A stretch of DNA of 64,000 bases, from assembly GCA_028534125.1 (NCBI GenBank), contig CM052816.1:26660001-26724000 (forward strand), given 5' to 3'. Position numbers and translations under genes: made by a program. The DNA comes from Lama glama (Eukaryota). Below are positions 1 to 12,625 of this stretch, piece after piece. Every line of letters begins with the position of its first letter. The stretch's first letter is position 1. The notes beneath the pieces were generated by a model. It saw only the letters and a program-made list of their open reading frames with translations, had not been told where the DNA came from and searched no databases.

Positions 1-85
1 GAATCTCTTGGTAGTGCCTGGAAATCTGCACTTTAAGTTCCCCAAGTGCTTCTAATATAAAATCAGAGATGAGAACCACTGATCT
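1..85. mobile_element. MER5-like hAT-Charlie DNA transposon end
   Basis: gaatctc...ggaaatctgcactttaagttccccaagtgcttctaat...tgagaaccactg resembles a MER5 terminus. Confidence 0.5.
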
Positions 86-306
86 AGTCCTACCCTCTCT
101 TATTACAAAAAAAAAAAAAAGCTGAAGCTCAAGCAGGTCTAATAACGCGTCACACATTCAGTTAAGGTCACAGCTAAGCTGGAAGCTTTAGCTTTCTTTC
201 TGATGTGCAGGGTATTTTTTTTTTTTTGACCATACTCCTATTCTATGTCTGCTCAATTGCTGTGGTGCAAAAATAAAAAGGACATTTTACAGCTAGTACA
301 GACATT

Positions 307-332
307 TGTGTGTGTGTGTGTGTGTGTGTGTG
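307..332. repeat. (TG)n microsatellite
   Basis: Direct read of about 13 TG units. Confidence 0.95.
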
Positions 333-589
333 TATACACATATATAAATATACGTTATACAGGCATCTATGTGTGCACACATACACATATTTATGTACAT
401 GTCTATATTTTATATATAAGTATGAATAATTTCAACTTTTGTGGCAAAAGTATATAATCAATATGAAATGTGTGCACACATTTTAGACTTTCAAAAAACC
501 TTTGTACACAGACTGTTAGTTTTAAAATATATATTGAAAAATAAGGAGAAATGTTTTATGTTTTGGCTCTTTCTTAATAAAAGACAAAA

Positions 590-800
590 ACAGCAGCATT
601 GTCACAGACGAGGGTAGAACCCATCTTACTTAGCCTGTTTATAACTAATCTGGAAGAGACAAAGCACAGGGAAACCCACAAGTTTTCAGGCAACACTAAG
701 CTCTTGCAGGCTAGGAAGGCCAGACTAGCAGGAAGGAAGACAGGGTGGGGAGACTGCGGAATGAAGATGTCATCAACATGCAGGAGGGCAGGAAAACCAG
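590..800 (+). mobile_element. Ancient CR1/L3-type LINE fragment (reverse transcriptase core)
   Basis: ORF 599..838 contains EPILLSLFITNLEE...HKFSGNTKLL, a decayed form of the CR1 RT motif GPVLFNIFINDLE...KFADDTKL. Confidence 0.7.
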
Positions 801-1479
801 CCAGAAAGGAAAGCTTTCTGCTAGAAAGAGGAATATGATGCCTCCGGGGAAGTCACACAAATAACACTGTAAGTAGAGACTGTAAGTGCTGACTTCTTAC
901 TTAAGCCCCTGGAAAGTAACTGAATAAATTAATTCTCAAAAATTATTAAGGTCACAGAACCTTTCTATTAAACAAAAGAATATGCGGGCCAATGGAATTT
1001 TTCTAAGTTTAATAATCAATGTCAAAACAGTAATAAAGAAAAATGTCTACCAGTTTGTATAACAATCTGGGATAACGGGATCTGAGTTAATGATGATAGC
1101 ATTTAGGCCGTAAGCATGGAGATGGCTGGAATAAAATGATTCTCTGTCTTATTATTTTCTCCTATGGGACACCTCTAAACAAATATAACACGTTTTTGGG
1201 ACACAGTAGCAATGCTTGCTCTTTCTACTTTTGGCATGATCCTTTATTGTACTTGGGAATTAATTTAATTCTACTGAATGAAATGAGCTAGGAACAGCCT
1301 TAATAATTTCAGGTAATTTTCACAAAAGCAACCATATTTGACCCCAAAGCTGCCCTGCAGAGCCCTCACACACTTCCACAGGACCGGAGAGGTCAAGCTA
1401 CAAAGCATACTTTTTTCAGCAGGACTTAAAGGACACAGAGGATCACTCTTCCTAAAAACCAGTCTGATTGGCCCAACAA

Positions 1480-1812
1480 TTCAAAGTATTAACAAAACAC
1501 AGGGAATTCACAGAAAGAGAATAGAAAATGAATCAGAAAACACTATCATATCCCAACCCAAGGTAGGACAAACTGCAAGAGGCCAGAAGTGACTAATGAA
1601 AAGACCAAAAGGATGAAGAGATTTCTGTCTGAAGACGTACTGAGCAAGTAAAATCATTTCAGTCTATAAGACAGAGATTAAGGGGAAGAGGGCAAACTCT
1701 CAAAGCCCTAAAGGATTTATAGTCAAGGAGGATAATCAACTCATCAAATTTTACAGAACTATAACACTGAGAGAGTGAAATGCAGGATCCATAAAACAAA
1801 GTCCTACTTTAC
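1480..1812 (+). mobile_element. CR1/L3-type LINE fragment (ORF2 C-terminal part)
   Basis: Resembles the CR1 'QRRATKMIKG..YEERL..LFSLE.RRLRGD' and 'FRT.KRK.YFT' segments (ttcagtctataagacagagattaagggg; aaaacaaagtcctactttac). Confidence 0.55.
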
Positions 1813-1814
1813 TC

Positions 1815-3440
1815 CCTCATCCATTCACTCAGTCCACAAGTGCTTACTGAGTATCTATGACGTGCCTGACACTGCTGGGGCTGTGGACACAGGGGAGCGA
1901 GAGTTACAGCTCCTATTCTCAGGTCACTTAATCTTTAGTGAGAGAGACAGATATCACACAAATGCTCTTACAGGTAAATACTGACTCAGTTTCATCAGAT
2001 CTAAAATTCCATTCATTTTAAGTCACACCATCAATTGTAAGTCTCCCTGCATTGTGAGATATTTGCCAGGTCCAGAAAGATTAAAATGTGAAAAATATGT
2101 GAATTTGAGAACTGACAATATTCAGTTGCTCCAAGTGTAATAAGTGCTATGATAGAAAAGAAACGGGGCCAAGAAAACGTCTGTCAGAGATGGCTAAACC
2201 TGGGGTGGGAGAGATGGCTTCCCTGAGGTACTGACCCTGAGTGTGAGTCCTGAAGATGCGCTGGCATCAGATGGGGGCAAAGGAGGGAAAAGGCGATATG
2301 AGAGGAGATGGACTGTTGGCAGCTGTGCCACTGAGTCTGTGTGGCACACGAGGTAAGAAGGAGCTCAGGACACGGAATGGAAATAGGTGAGGGGAGGGAG
2401 GTTAATACAACAGAGGATGGTGGGGTCTGTAGAAGACTAAATAGAGCCAGGCTAGTCTGAAGATGCTTGAATTCTCATTTTGTAAAACAGTATGTGAGCC
2501 ATACGAATATTTCTGGAGACTACGTAGCCCATTGGCTATCGTATTAAAGAGGTGGGGACTGAGATGAAAAAGAGTATGAAAAAGTGTGTGTGTGTGTGTA
2601 TATAAATGAATTATTATGCTGTACACCAGAAACTAACACATTATAAATCAACTATACTTCAATTAAAAAAAAAAGAGTAATGCCAAACCAAAAAAGGGTT
2701 TTAAGCTAGGGTATGAGTCATCAGATTGATACTTTAAATGCACCATCACTCTATATCATTAAATGAAAAAGTGAGGTGCAGAACAAAGTATATAGTATTA
2801 CTATCTGCATAAAAGGGGAAGGGCAGAGTGAGAGCCCAAGAAAGAGTGTGAGAATATGCTCGAATTCAAGAATGGGCAAAAAATACGCCCAGAAGGACAC
2901 CAAAGAATCTGTCAATGGATTGCCTCTTGGGCGGACAATTACATGTCCACAGTACTTTCTGGATTTTGATCTATGGGACCAAACTCTCTTTTAACAAAAC
3001 ATGTGAGTAAACTGAGACAATAAAATCAGCAAATCAGTGAAACTCCACTTTTGCTGCTGTGATACCAAAAGAGGGAAAATGTGACCTGCAGGAGGCTACC
3101 GCAGGGGTCCAGGCCGAAGCTGATGGGGAGGCTGATCGGGAGGTGGCAGCAGCAATGAAAAGAAATGTATTTAAGAATATACAAGCAACAGGGCTTTCTA
3201 AATGCCTGGACAGAAGGGTGAGGAAGAGCGAGGTGTCAAGGTTTCTAGAAAGAGCAACTGGATGAATGAGAGTGAGAGGTAACGCACTAGGGGAGAGGCA
3301 GCTTGGGCGACAGAGTAGAATGGTTTTGGTTCTGAGATGTCTGTGAGACATGCAAGTGCAGATGGAAATCAGACAGGTGGATGGGAATCTGGGGCTCCAG
3401 TGGGAGAGGTCTGGATTGCCAGTATAAATCTGGGAGCACC
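1815..3440 (-). mobile_element. Fragmented L2 LINE, interrupted by younger insertions
   Basis: L2 3' end (cattcactcag...gcttactgagtatctatgacgtgcctgacactg) and typical purine-rich L2 body (gtgagacatgcaagtgcagatg...gaatctggggctccagtgggagagg). Confidence 0.6.
2570..2673 (+). mobile_element. L1 3' end (cetartiodactyl-type) with poly(A)
   Basis: tgctgtacaccagaaactaacacattataaatcaactatacttcaatt followed by an A-tail. Confidence 0.8.
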
Positions 3441-3790
3441 TGTCTTAAGTCAGGTCCTTGGGAAACAGAATCTGAAATGGAGATTTGCAGTTTTGTGTGA
3501 AGGAAGTTTACTGGGGAGTGAAATGAGTGAAGACTTTGGCAAGGGCGATCAATAGCTCTGGAGGGCCTTCAGAGCTGTTCTGCTTTGGGGTAAGGGAAGC
3601 AGTCCTTCCTACCCGCCCACACTGACCAGTCATTGGACACAGACTACGTGGGGAGGGAACATGACTGGGGGTAAAGCAGCTCTCAGAGGCTGAAGGCAAT
3701 TCAGCTGTCAGCTGTCCCCAGAAGTAGGGGAACAGGGGCCTCAATCCTAAAGCAAGGTTGGGATCTAGGCAGGACACCACACCATCCCAC
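3441..3790. mobile_element. Solo LTR, LTR33-like (ERVL)
   Basis: Starts TG (tgtcttaagtcaggtccttgggaaacagaatctgaaatggagatttgc...gaagtttactggggagtg) and ends in CA. Resembles the recalled LTR33 consensus. Confidence 0.6.
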
Positions 3791-6359
3791 AGCACCCAAG
3801 AGGTCAAATCTCTCATGATGGTAGGTTCCTATGTCCTCTGCCACTTCCTTCTGGGAAGGTGTTTTCAGTGGCTGCTGCCTTCTGTTAGGAGTCCTGTGCA
3901 GACACGAAGCCATCTCCCTGGGGTGACTTCTCTGTTTCTTCTAGGATCTTACAGGTTTCTCCAGTTCTGAGGCAATTTTTATACTAGCTTCTTGACCCAG
4001 GGTTTCCACAACTGGCAGGTAATGCAAAATCCAACCCTACACCTTCCCACAGTTAGGGCTGGTTTTTGGAGTGTGACACGGTGTTTTTACCAACAGCCCC
4101 AGATGGACAATTCCTTGGCCTATGGGCTTGAGGGTAGCACATTCCTATGTCCCATTTAGGGACAAAACAGTAACTTCTGGTTCCTGAGTTTATGTGAGGA
4201 GTCCAACGCCAGCTGCCCACTGAGCATGAGGGGCCAGAAACCTGACTTCTCTCAACTGCATTACTACTCAGCCAAACACCTGCCCAGCTCAGGCTGCCTG
4301 CAGTAGCCATCTCACAGCCCTGCATTAGGTTCTGTACTGTAGTTGCTTGCTTATGTGCCTCCTCCTACACTGAGGTGCTGGAGGACAGGGTCTGAGTGTC
4401 TGTACCCCATCACAGTGCTCCCACAGGGCCCTGCAGAGATGTTCTCATTGTCCTCAATGTTCACAGACAGAAGGCTTGAGTGAGGCCTGGTTTCCCACTG
4501 TTGGTGGGACGGTGGGGGGTGGGGTGGGGAGGGCACTCTGTAGAAGTGCTCCTTTTTATTTCCTGCTCTTTAAAATCAAAAGAAAAAGGAGGGCCTCTTA
4601 GAGGGAGAGTTGACTTTGGTGCAGCAACTCCTGCACTGCTGTCCAGTTTCACATTCTGCTACCTCAGCTTCCCATGCCAAGACCGAAAAAGCAGCAGGAA
4701 GACTTGTTTAACATTTATTCCCAGGTTTTTTTTTTAATTTCCTCTGAAATGAGTATGAACACACTAGGGCCTTTACACTCTGCAGGAGCTGATCCCCTAC
4801 TGGAAGCTTTGGGGAACCTCATTCCTTCTTGCGGATACAATCTGTCAACAGAGGCGTTCCTTCATGGTCTTCTGAAAGGCCCACAGTGGTTGGAGTGGCT
4901 CTCTCTTTGGAGCTCTATTACACTTAGAACTATGGTTTTTTTTTTTTTTTAACAGAAAATAACATAGGAATTGCTTCCAGAATCCAGATGCCTATGGGAA
5001 ACGCTGCCTTCTCTTTCAATGGCTTGTCCAGGCAGTGAGTGTGCCCCACTGCTCTCCGGCCCCTGCCGGAGGGGCCGGTTACTGAAGCCTGAACCCACCC
5101 CACACACTCCATAGGAAATGTGTACTTTCAATGTTGAAAGAACCATGGGCAGAAAATGATATTTTTATAAATGAAAGTGCTTAATAAGTACCATTCACTG
5201 AGTTAAATCATATTTTCCTTGACTGTCTTGGGCCATGTATCAATTCCACTAACAACAAAAAAAATAGAAATCTGGTCGAAATATTTCTCCTTTCTAACAA
5301 TGGCAATATAATTCTCAGTATTTCTCCAGCGAGCATGTATTCATTGTTTGCTCTGTGCATAACCCTGGTAAGGAGGCTCTGTGGAGGTATTTTGTCAAGC
5401 AAGTCTTTGATCTCAAGAAGCTTCTTTCTAAGATACTTAATTTATTTTTGTGGCTAGCTCAGTAGGATAAAAATTGTCTTAGAATTGCTAATCCCGTTGA
5501 GATGATTTAAACTACTAAGGGCTGGGGAAGGCTATCTGTTAAATTATCTGTCCATGCCCTTTCACACATTTGTGCTTTTAAATCACACAGAGAATTTTCT
5601 CGGTACAGAATAAGGAACCCTCATTATAAAGCATTCCCAGGTCTCTCCGTCTCTCCCATATGAATCATACAGGAGAATCTATCTTAGAGACAACATCATA
5701 TATCACCCCCACGCTATCTGATGAAGCTTTCTGCTGGTTTCTTGGGTGGCCAATCACATGACAGATATATGACTTTGAGACAGGAACTGAAATAAAATTC
5801 CTATAATACCCTTAGGGGGAAGGGGGATTGTCACTGTTGAGCACTTAAGTTAAAGAATTAATTCTCTTTAAACTTCCCTCCACCCTTACTTAGAGCTCTG
5901 AACTCAACCCAGAAGAGCTGCTCAGTTTACCTACTGAAGCCACAATACTTCAACCTGCTGTGGCTTTGTGAATTTTCTCCCAAGGTTTTCAGGTGCTAAA
6001 TGATATATAACACATGCCCTGGTAGGGTTGATTCAATACTCTGCTCAGCAGTCTCAGGAATGCTTCACACAGGTTGGCCTACAAGGGAAAGGAGGCTTGA
6101 AAAGTAAAGCATGTGATGTGGCCAGAAAGTACACTTTTTGATGACACTATCACACTGAACCTGAAGCTAGATGGTACACTGTTAGATACCACTGGCAGGT
6201 GGCTGTGAATGGCACAGAGAACCCCAAATCTTCCAGTCCAGCTCCTAAATCCCTTTCGTCCATGTAACCACATCACAAGGTGGAAGCAATGTTGTAGATG
6301 TGTGACTTCCACCCTAGAGATCCAGGTCAAGGGTAAGAAACGCGTTCCCTGAGGAGTCA

Positions 6360-7242
6360 TTCCAGTTTCCATTTCTGACTCATCACTCAGTAAATGGTCA
6401 TTCCATTCATCCAGTTCCTCAGACCAAAGCCTCGGAGTTCTCCTTGCCTCCTTTCTCTCTCACTCAGTACCCCAAGTGTCAGCAAATGATGTTGACTTTC
6501 CTTTCAAAATATATCCAGAATCCAACCACTTCTCACCACCTCCACCACTTCTGCACTGGTCCAAACCACCATCACCTCTTCCCTGAATTCCAGGAAGAGC
6601 CTCTAACTGGATTCCCTGCTCCATCCTCAACCTATCTAGTCTCCACTCAGTAGCCAGAGTAATCCTGTTACAACTTTAGTCACATCACTGTTCAAAACTC
6701 TGCAATAGCCCCCTTTATCCAGCCCACACAGAGCAAAAGCCAGGGTCTGGACAAGATCCCTGCCCCCTCCCATATCTAAGTCTTCTCCCCACCTCATTCA
6801 CTCTGACACACCTATGTCAATAGCTTTGTGATGCTCTCCCAGTAGGCCAGTCATATTTCCATCCTGGAAATAAAAGGAACTGAGTCTAGCTGCCTGCAAC
6901 ACTCTGCTCCCAAACAATACATGTCTTGTTCCTTTGCCTCCGTAAGTCTCTATCCAAAGGCTACCTTCCTTGTAGAGCTCACCCTGATCACAGCAACTCC
7001 CAACTCCTGGCAATCCTTACCCCTTCTCTGCTTTATCTCTGTGACACTTATCATCACCTGACACACTATCTATTTACTCATTTATTTGTTGATAATCTGC
7101 CTCCCTCTACTGAAGATATAACCCATGAGGGTAGGAATTCCTGTCTGCTTTGTTCACTGCTGTCTCTGTGGCACCCAGCAATGACACTGGCCCACAGTAA
7201 ATGTGCAACAAATATCTGAGCATTTAATGAATGAATGAATGG
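6360..7242 (+). mobile_element. L2 (L2a-like) LINE 3' portion
   Basis: caaaatatatccagaatccaaccacttctcaccacctcc... ending in the diagnostic (tgaa)n tail at about 7228-7241. Confidence 0.85.
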
Positions 7243-8812
7243 AAGAAATTTCAGGCTGTGTGCTATATACACTAGAACTCTAGATTCTGATATGTTTATT
7301 CCCAGACATTCTGCAGCACACACACACCACAGTATGCTCAGAGTCTGTAATACGTTGTATTAAAGGAAGAAACGGAGAGTCTTTCTGGAATCTTTTGGGA
7401 TCAGATTCCATCCTTAAGAAGGTGAAGTTATGCCAAGGTTCTAACGTACAGACAGGCCCCTGTCAGCAGATCGGGAAGCTGATACTGGTGCTCTTCCACA
7501 CGTGGACCTAGATCTAGCTTCAGGGGAGCCGGGGCATGGAGCCATTCTGGGAAGACAGAGCATCCTGGCCTCCACGTCCATTTCTGCCTCTAACATCAAC
7601 CACACACTCTTGTCCAACACTGAGATTTTCTCCTATGAAAACAGACACTCTCTCAAATAGGAGTATCACTGTGGAAAAGAAACTTTCCAATGGAAACTTG
7701 GGAAGTAAGAGGAATGTACTTATATGTCCAAAGATTCATTTTTTGATTTGAGATTGGTTTGGGGTTAGGGTAAAGTAGAAAAGGAAAGTTGAGAGTAATA
7801 TGCTTTTTGAGGATTTTGGGGTTTTTTTTTTTGAGGATTCTATTTTTAACAAAGAAAATAAAGACAACATGGAAAAGAAATATCTGATCATCAGCATTTT
7901 GATTAATAGCATTATGAACATTCTTTTATTTTTTTGGAGTTTGTGTGAGTGAGAGAAAGTAAGTGAAGGAGGAAAAATTAAAATAACACTGTTTTTCAAA
8001 ATGAAGTTTCTTAAATAGATCTGTTCCCTCTGCTTCATTTTCTACTGCATAATCCCAATTACCCGTTCACAGATTAGTCAATTTGGTGACAAGAAAAAAA
8101 TAGCATCGTTGAAACCAGTGTTTCTCACTGAAGCATGGCAAAACAACCTAATTCTGTGCCAAACACTGGAAATCACCTGATAACATTTTCCCAAGAATTG
8201 ATAAAAACAAATATATAAAGTTTAGGTGAAAACTGCTTTGGAAGTTGGCACTTGCCCAGACATTAGATTATTTTTTAAAACATAATGATGGCCATGGTAA
8301 TGATCTAAAATGAACCATGTGACTTTCTTCTAAGAAATTTAGAGAGAGATAAATTCCTCAGTCAGATGTCTATGGTTTTTACTACCCTTCTCATTCCCAT
8401 GCCCACTTAGGAGGAAGCACAGCCAATCAGCCACAGGGCTGTTATTCCTGATTAAACAGCACTATTTTCTCATTATTTCATTTTTGCAAACAGTGTGACT
8501 CCAGCAAGACTGTGCACCCCTTCAGAGCAGAACTCGTGCCTTATGCTGCTCTTGTAACCAGACACAGAGTAGGTGCTCGGTAAATAACAATTGCCTTAAC
8601 ATTCCTGCCAGCGATGATTTAAAACTAAGACTGAGGTTTTGAAATTATCAACAGGCAAAGAAAAACTGGCCTGTACAAGTTAAGATTCCCTGTGAAAAAG
8701 CAAAGGACATACAAGGAAGATGATGGAACAGACTTGTGCACGTTTCTGTTACATAGAATGGATCACATTTTTGGAGTTTCAAACAACACTCTTAAAAAGT
8801 TAGCTTTGAGAT

Positions 8813-11800
8813 NNNNNNNNNNNNNNNNNNNNNNNNNNNNNNNNNNNNNNNNNNNNNNNNNNNNNNNNNNNNNNNNNNNNNNNNNNNNNNNNNNNNNNNN
8901 NNNNNNNNNNNNNNNNNNNNNNNNNNNNNNNNNNNNNNNNNNNNGGAATATCTATACAGGCTCGGTAGAATATATTCGACCTATTCAAAACAAAAGAAAA
9001 CCCAGCTTAGTAATCGGTAGGACTCATGTGCCCCATCCACATTTTTATTGCCCCCAAAAAGTTCTGCCCAGCTCCACCTAAACAATTTCTGTTTGTAATA
9101 AAATCTGCACCCACCTTATCATTCTCGGCAACCAATTAGAGCCTGTAACCCAGTAAAATAAATAGCTTACAGTTTACTACCACAATGTCTCTCCACAGAA
9201 CATCTTGGCTGAAGAGACAGATATTTGGCCCAAGAGACAGCAGAAAGGAAGAGTTCGTTTAAAAAAAAAAATCTCACACTAATGAGAAAATTCTCTCTTG
9301 GCAAATTGCAGACTCTGGTTCCTCAACATCACATATAAATTAATATTATTGATTTTCTTATTTGAAAGAAAAGCAGTAGGTGTATTCTTACAACTTGGCA
9401 TTGGGAGTTCTCAACTCTGTAATAAAATTAAGCAGCTTTGTGATGTAAGGGTTGAAAGAAATAAAAAATTTCCCCCTTGCCTTTCTCCTAAAGTTTGATA
9501 CCAGAGAAGAGAGAAACACTCTTATGTGAAATGGATGGAAATTCAATAAATACAAGGGGAGCACTCTACTCTGGCTGAAAAATTACACTCTGAAATGATA
9601 GAGTGAAGGGATCAAAAAATAAACATTTTTTTATAGTGGCTGTGGTATAGTAAAGAAAAATCTATTTCTAAAAAAAGATTAAAAAAGTAAGAGGAGTCTG
9701 CGACCAGTTTTCTCAATGAAGAATTGCTACAAATATTAGCCTCCAGTTCAAGATAAAAGTGTTTAGGGTTGGTGGACCTTAAATTTAGCCTATCTGTAAG
9801 GNNNNNNNNNNNNNNNNNNNNNNNNNNNNNNNNNNNNNNNNNNNNNNNNNNNNNNNNNNNNNNNNNNNNNNNNNNNNNNNNNNNNNNNNNNNNNNNNNNN
9901 NNNNNNNNNNNNNNNNNNNNNNNNNNNNNNNNNNNNNNNNNNNNNNNNNNNNNNNNNNNNNNNNNNNNNNNNNNNNNNNNNNNNNNNNNNNNNNNNNNNN
10001 NNNNNNNNNNNNNNNNNNNNNNNNNNNNNNNNNNNNNNNNNNNNNNNNNNNNNNNNNNNNNNNNNNNNNNNNNNNNNNNNNNNNNNNNNNNNNNNNNNNN
10101 NNNNNNNNNNNNNNNNNNNNNNNNNNCACTACCCTTCCTCCCGCCGCATCTCCAAGAGCTGTGCATTTTATTAATTCTTTCCACTGCTACATAAAAAAAT
10201 CAAAATGGGAGTCGAGCTATAAATCACTGGCCATCTCCTAACTTGAGAAAAATTGAGTCTACTTTGTACTTCACCCCTTGTAACATTTCATCTCTCGGTT
10301 TGGCTTCCCTTAATATAAACACAGCGCCCAGCAAATGAATGTGTTAAAACCAAATGACATACTTTGCCGCTGAAAGGGCAGAACTGTTTTCGAGCAATGG
10401 GTGGTCTTCTGAGGCTCGGAGGAGGCCGAAAGGGGGAAAAAAAACGTGTAAGTGTACACCGTTCCTTACNNNNNNNNNNNNNNNNNNNNNNNNNNNNNNN
10501 NNNNNNNNNNNNNNNNNNNNNNNNNNNNNNNNNNNNNNNNNNNNNNNNNNNNNNNNNNNNNNNNNNNNNNNNNNNNNNNNNNNNNNNNNNNNNNNNNNNN
10601 NNNNNNNNNNNNNNNNNNNNNNNNNNNNNNNNNNNNNNNNNNNNNNNNNNNNNNNNNNNNNNNNNNNNNNNNNNNNNNNNNNNNNNNNNNNNNNNNNATC
10701 AATCAAGGGCGCTTTGAAGAAAATTCCATTTAGATATTACAAATCATAACAGAATGAATCTAAACCAGCTGACTTTTTGTGAAGAGGACGTTCATGTACA
10801 ATAAAAAATTAGGCTGGCTCTTCGGGGTCCAACTTTTCTATTTTCTTACTCTTGGACATGGTCACTGGTGAAGGATGCCAGTTTTTAAATTGTGTTTTTG
10901 TAGCTCATTTTATAAAGATCTGAAGTAATCAAAAACAGACTGGCAGGGAGAACTCGATGTGTGAGCGCCATTATGAAAGGGAACCATAAACCCTGCTCGA
11001 TTTTGACAGATAGGTAATGACTAATTCGTGCCCACCTTCCTGTAGGGGTTTCTCCTTTTCCCAGATTCCAAACTCGTCTCAAGAGCTCCCTGGGTGCTCC
11101 TTACAGAACCAGCCCAGCTACCTCTCGCTGAATGGACAACCTTTACTCCTTTTCTAGCTCCAAGTTTCATAAAAACTTCATGGCAGAGATGCAGCTGCAG
11201 TGAAGGTGGGTGAAGCCAATATACAGACTGTAACCAGATACCCTGGTGTGCAAGGTCATTTAAACCCTTATGTAATGAAAGATAACAGCCTAGGAAACCA
11301 CGACAGTGAGTCACACGCTGCCTAAATATGTTCCTTTTGAATTGAAGGCCTTTGGAGAGTGAGCCAGATTTGTGCAGCCTTTGCACACATAGAAGGGGAA
11401 TCAAGTTTTCCTTTTTTAAGGCTTCATTTTTTAAAATTAAGGGAAAAAAGAAAGAAAACGAAAATAAATAGTCATAGGCAGGACTCCAAGTCGCCGAGCA
11501 AGGGCGCTTCTACTTTGATGTGTCTGTGGTGCCTGATAAAGCTAAACAGTTGCTTCTGACTCTAAAGGGAACACGGCTGTTTATAACTGAGCTCATATAT
11601 TTACATGGCACATGTTTTCTAGGGATTTTGAGAAAAGAAGGCTTAGTGGTAGGGCTTTTTTCCTAGGGGATGGATTTCTGCCCTCTTGTCTCCACTCCAG
11701 CCTTTAGCACAAAGTAGAAAGAAACGCTGACCAACAGGTGTGCTGGGCTTAGCATCTGGGAGTCCACTTTGCTTCTCTGTCTCTACCCCATCCAGGCCTC

Positions 11801-12625
11801 CCTCTCAGACTCCAGGCAGTGAGAGTGGCTCCACTTCATCTTTGTTACTCTTTGGGCTTTGCCCAAAGATCTCAGGAGACCAGGGGCTTCTCTATGCTCT
11901 GGAACCCCCTCAACCCCTGAAACAGGCTCTGAATCATCACAGGGCCAAAGCCAAATGCTTTGGCACCTTTTGAGGGATCAAGAGAGGTTACTCTGTCTCA
12001 ACCAAGGCTGTCGAACAGAATGGTTTTGGAAAAGCAGCCTTGGGAAGGTTGAGAGTTCTTGGTTTTTCATGCCTTTGTGCAAATGAAACTATTTCTTCTG
12101 GGAGACAGCCTGACTGAAGGTGATTAAAGCAAAGGATCTGGGGCTGCACCTCTGAACTCCTATTTATGTGTGCACACATCTGCCGGGGGACTCATCCCAA
12201 GTCAGTGAGTTCGCTGGGCTCACTCTGGTCACTGTCAAAAGTCAGGTGATGATGTGGAAGTAACTTTATCCTAGGGACCAAGTACCTAGCATCTTTAACC
12301 CTGAATTCTCAAGCCATTACTGTTACAAGTACTAAGGAGAGATCACAAACCTAGCAGAAAAGTGTCTGCCAGTCCTCGCAGAGTTCTTCAGAACCCTGCA
12401 GGATTTTTTTTTTTTTACAAAACCAGCAGCAAGCCTAAATTTACATATGCAAGGCAAAGAGCTTCAGCTCCATAAGTNNNNNNNNNNNNNNNNNNNNNNN
12501 NNNNNNNNNNNNNNNNNNNNNNNNNNNNNNNNNNNNNNNNNNNNNNNNNNNNNNNNNNNNNNNNNNNNNNNNNNNNNNNNNNNNNNNNNNNNNNNNNNNN
12601 NNNNNNNNNNNNNNNNNNNNNNNNN
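8813..12625. other. Cluster of four N gaps (8813-8944, 9802-10126, 10470-10697, 12478-12625)
   Basis: Runs of N in the sequence; the content is unknown. Confidence 0.95.
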
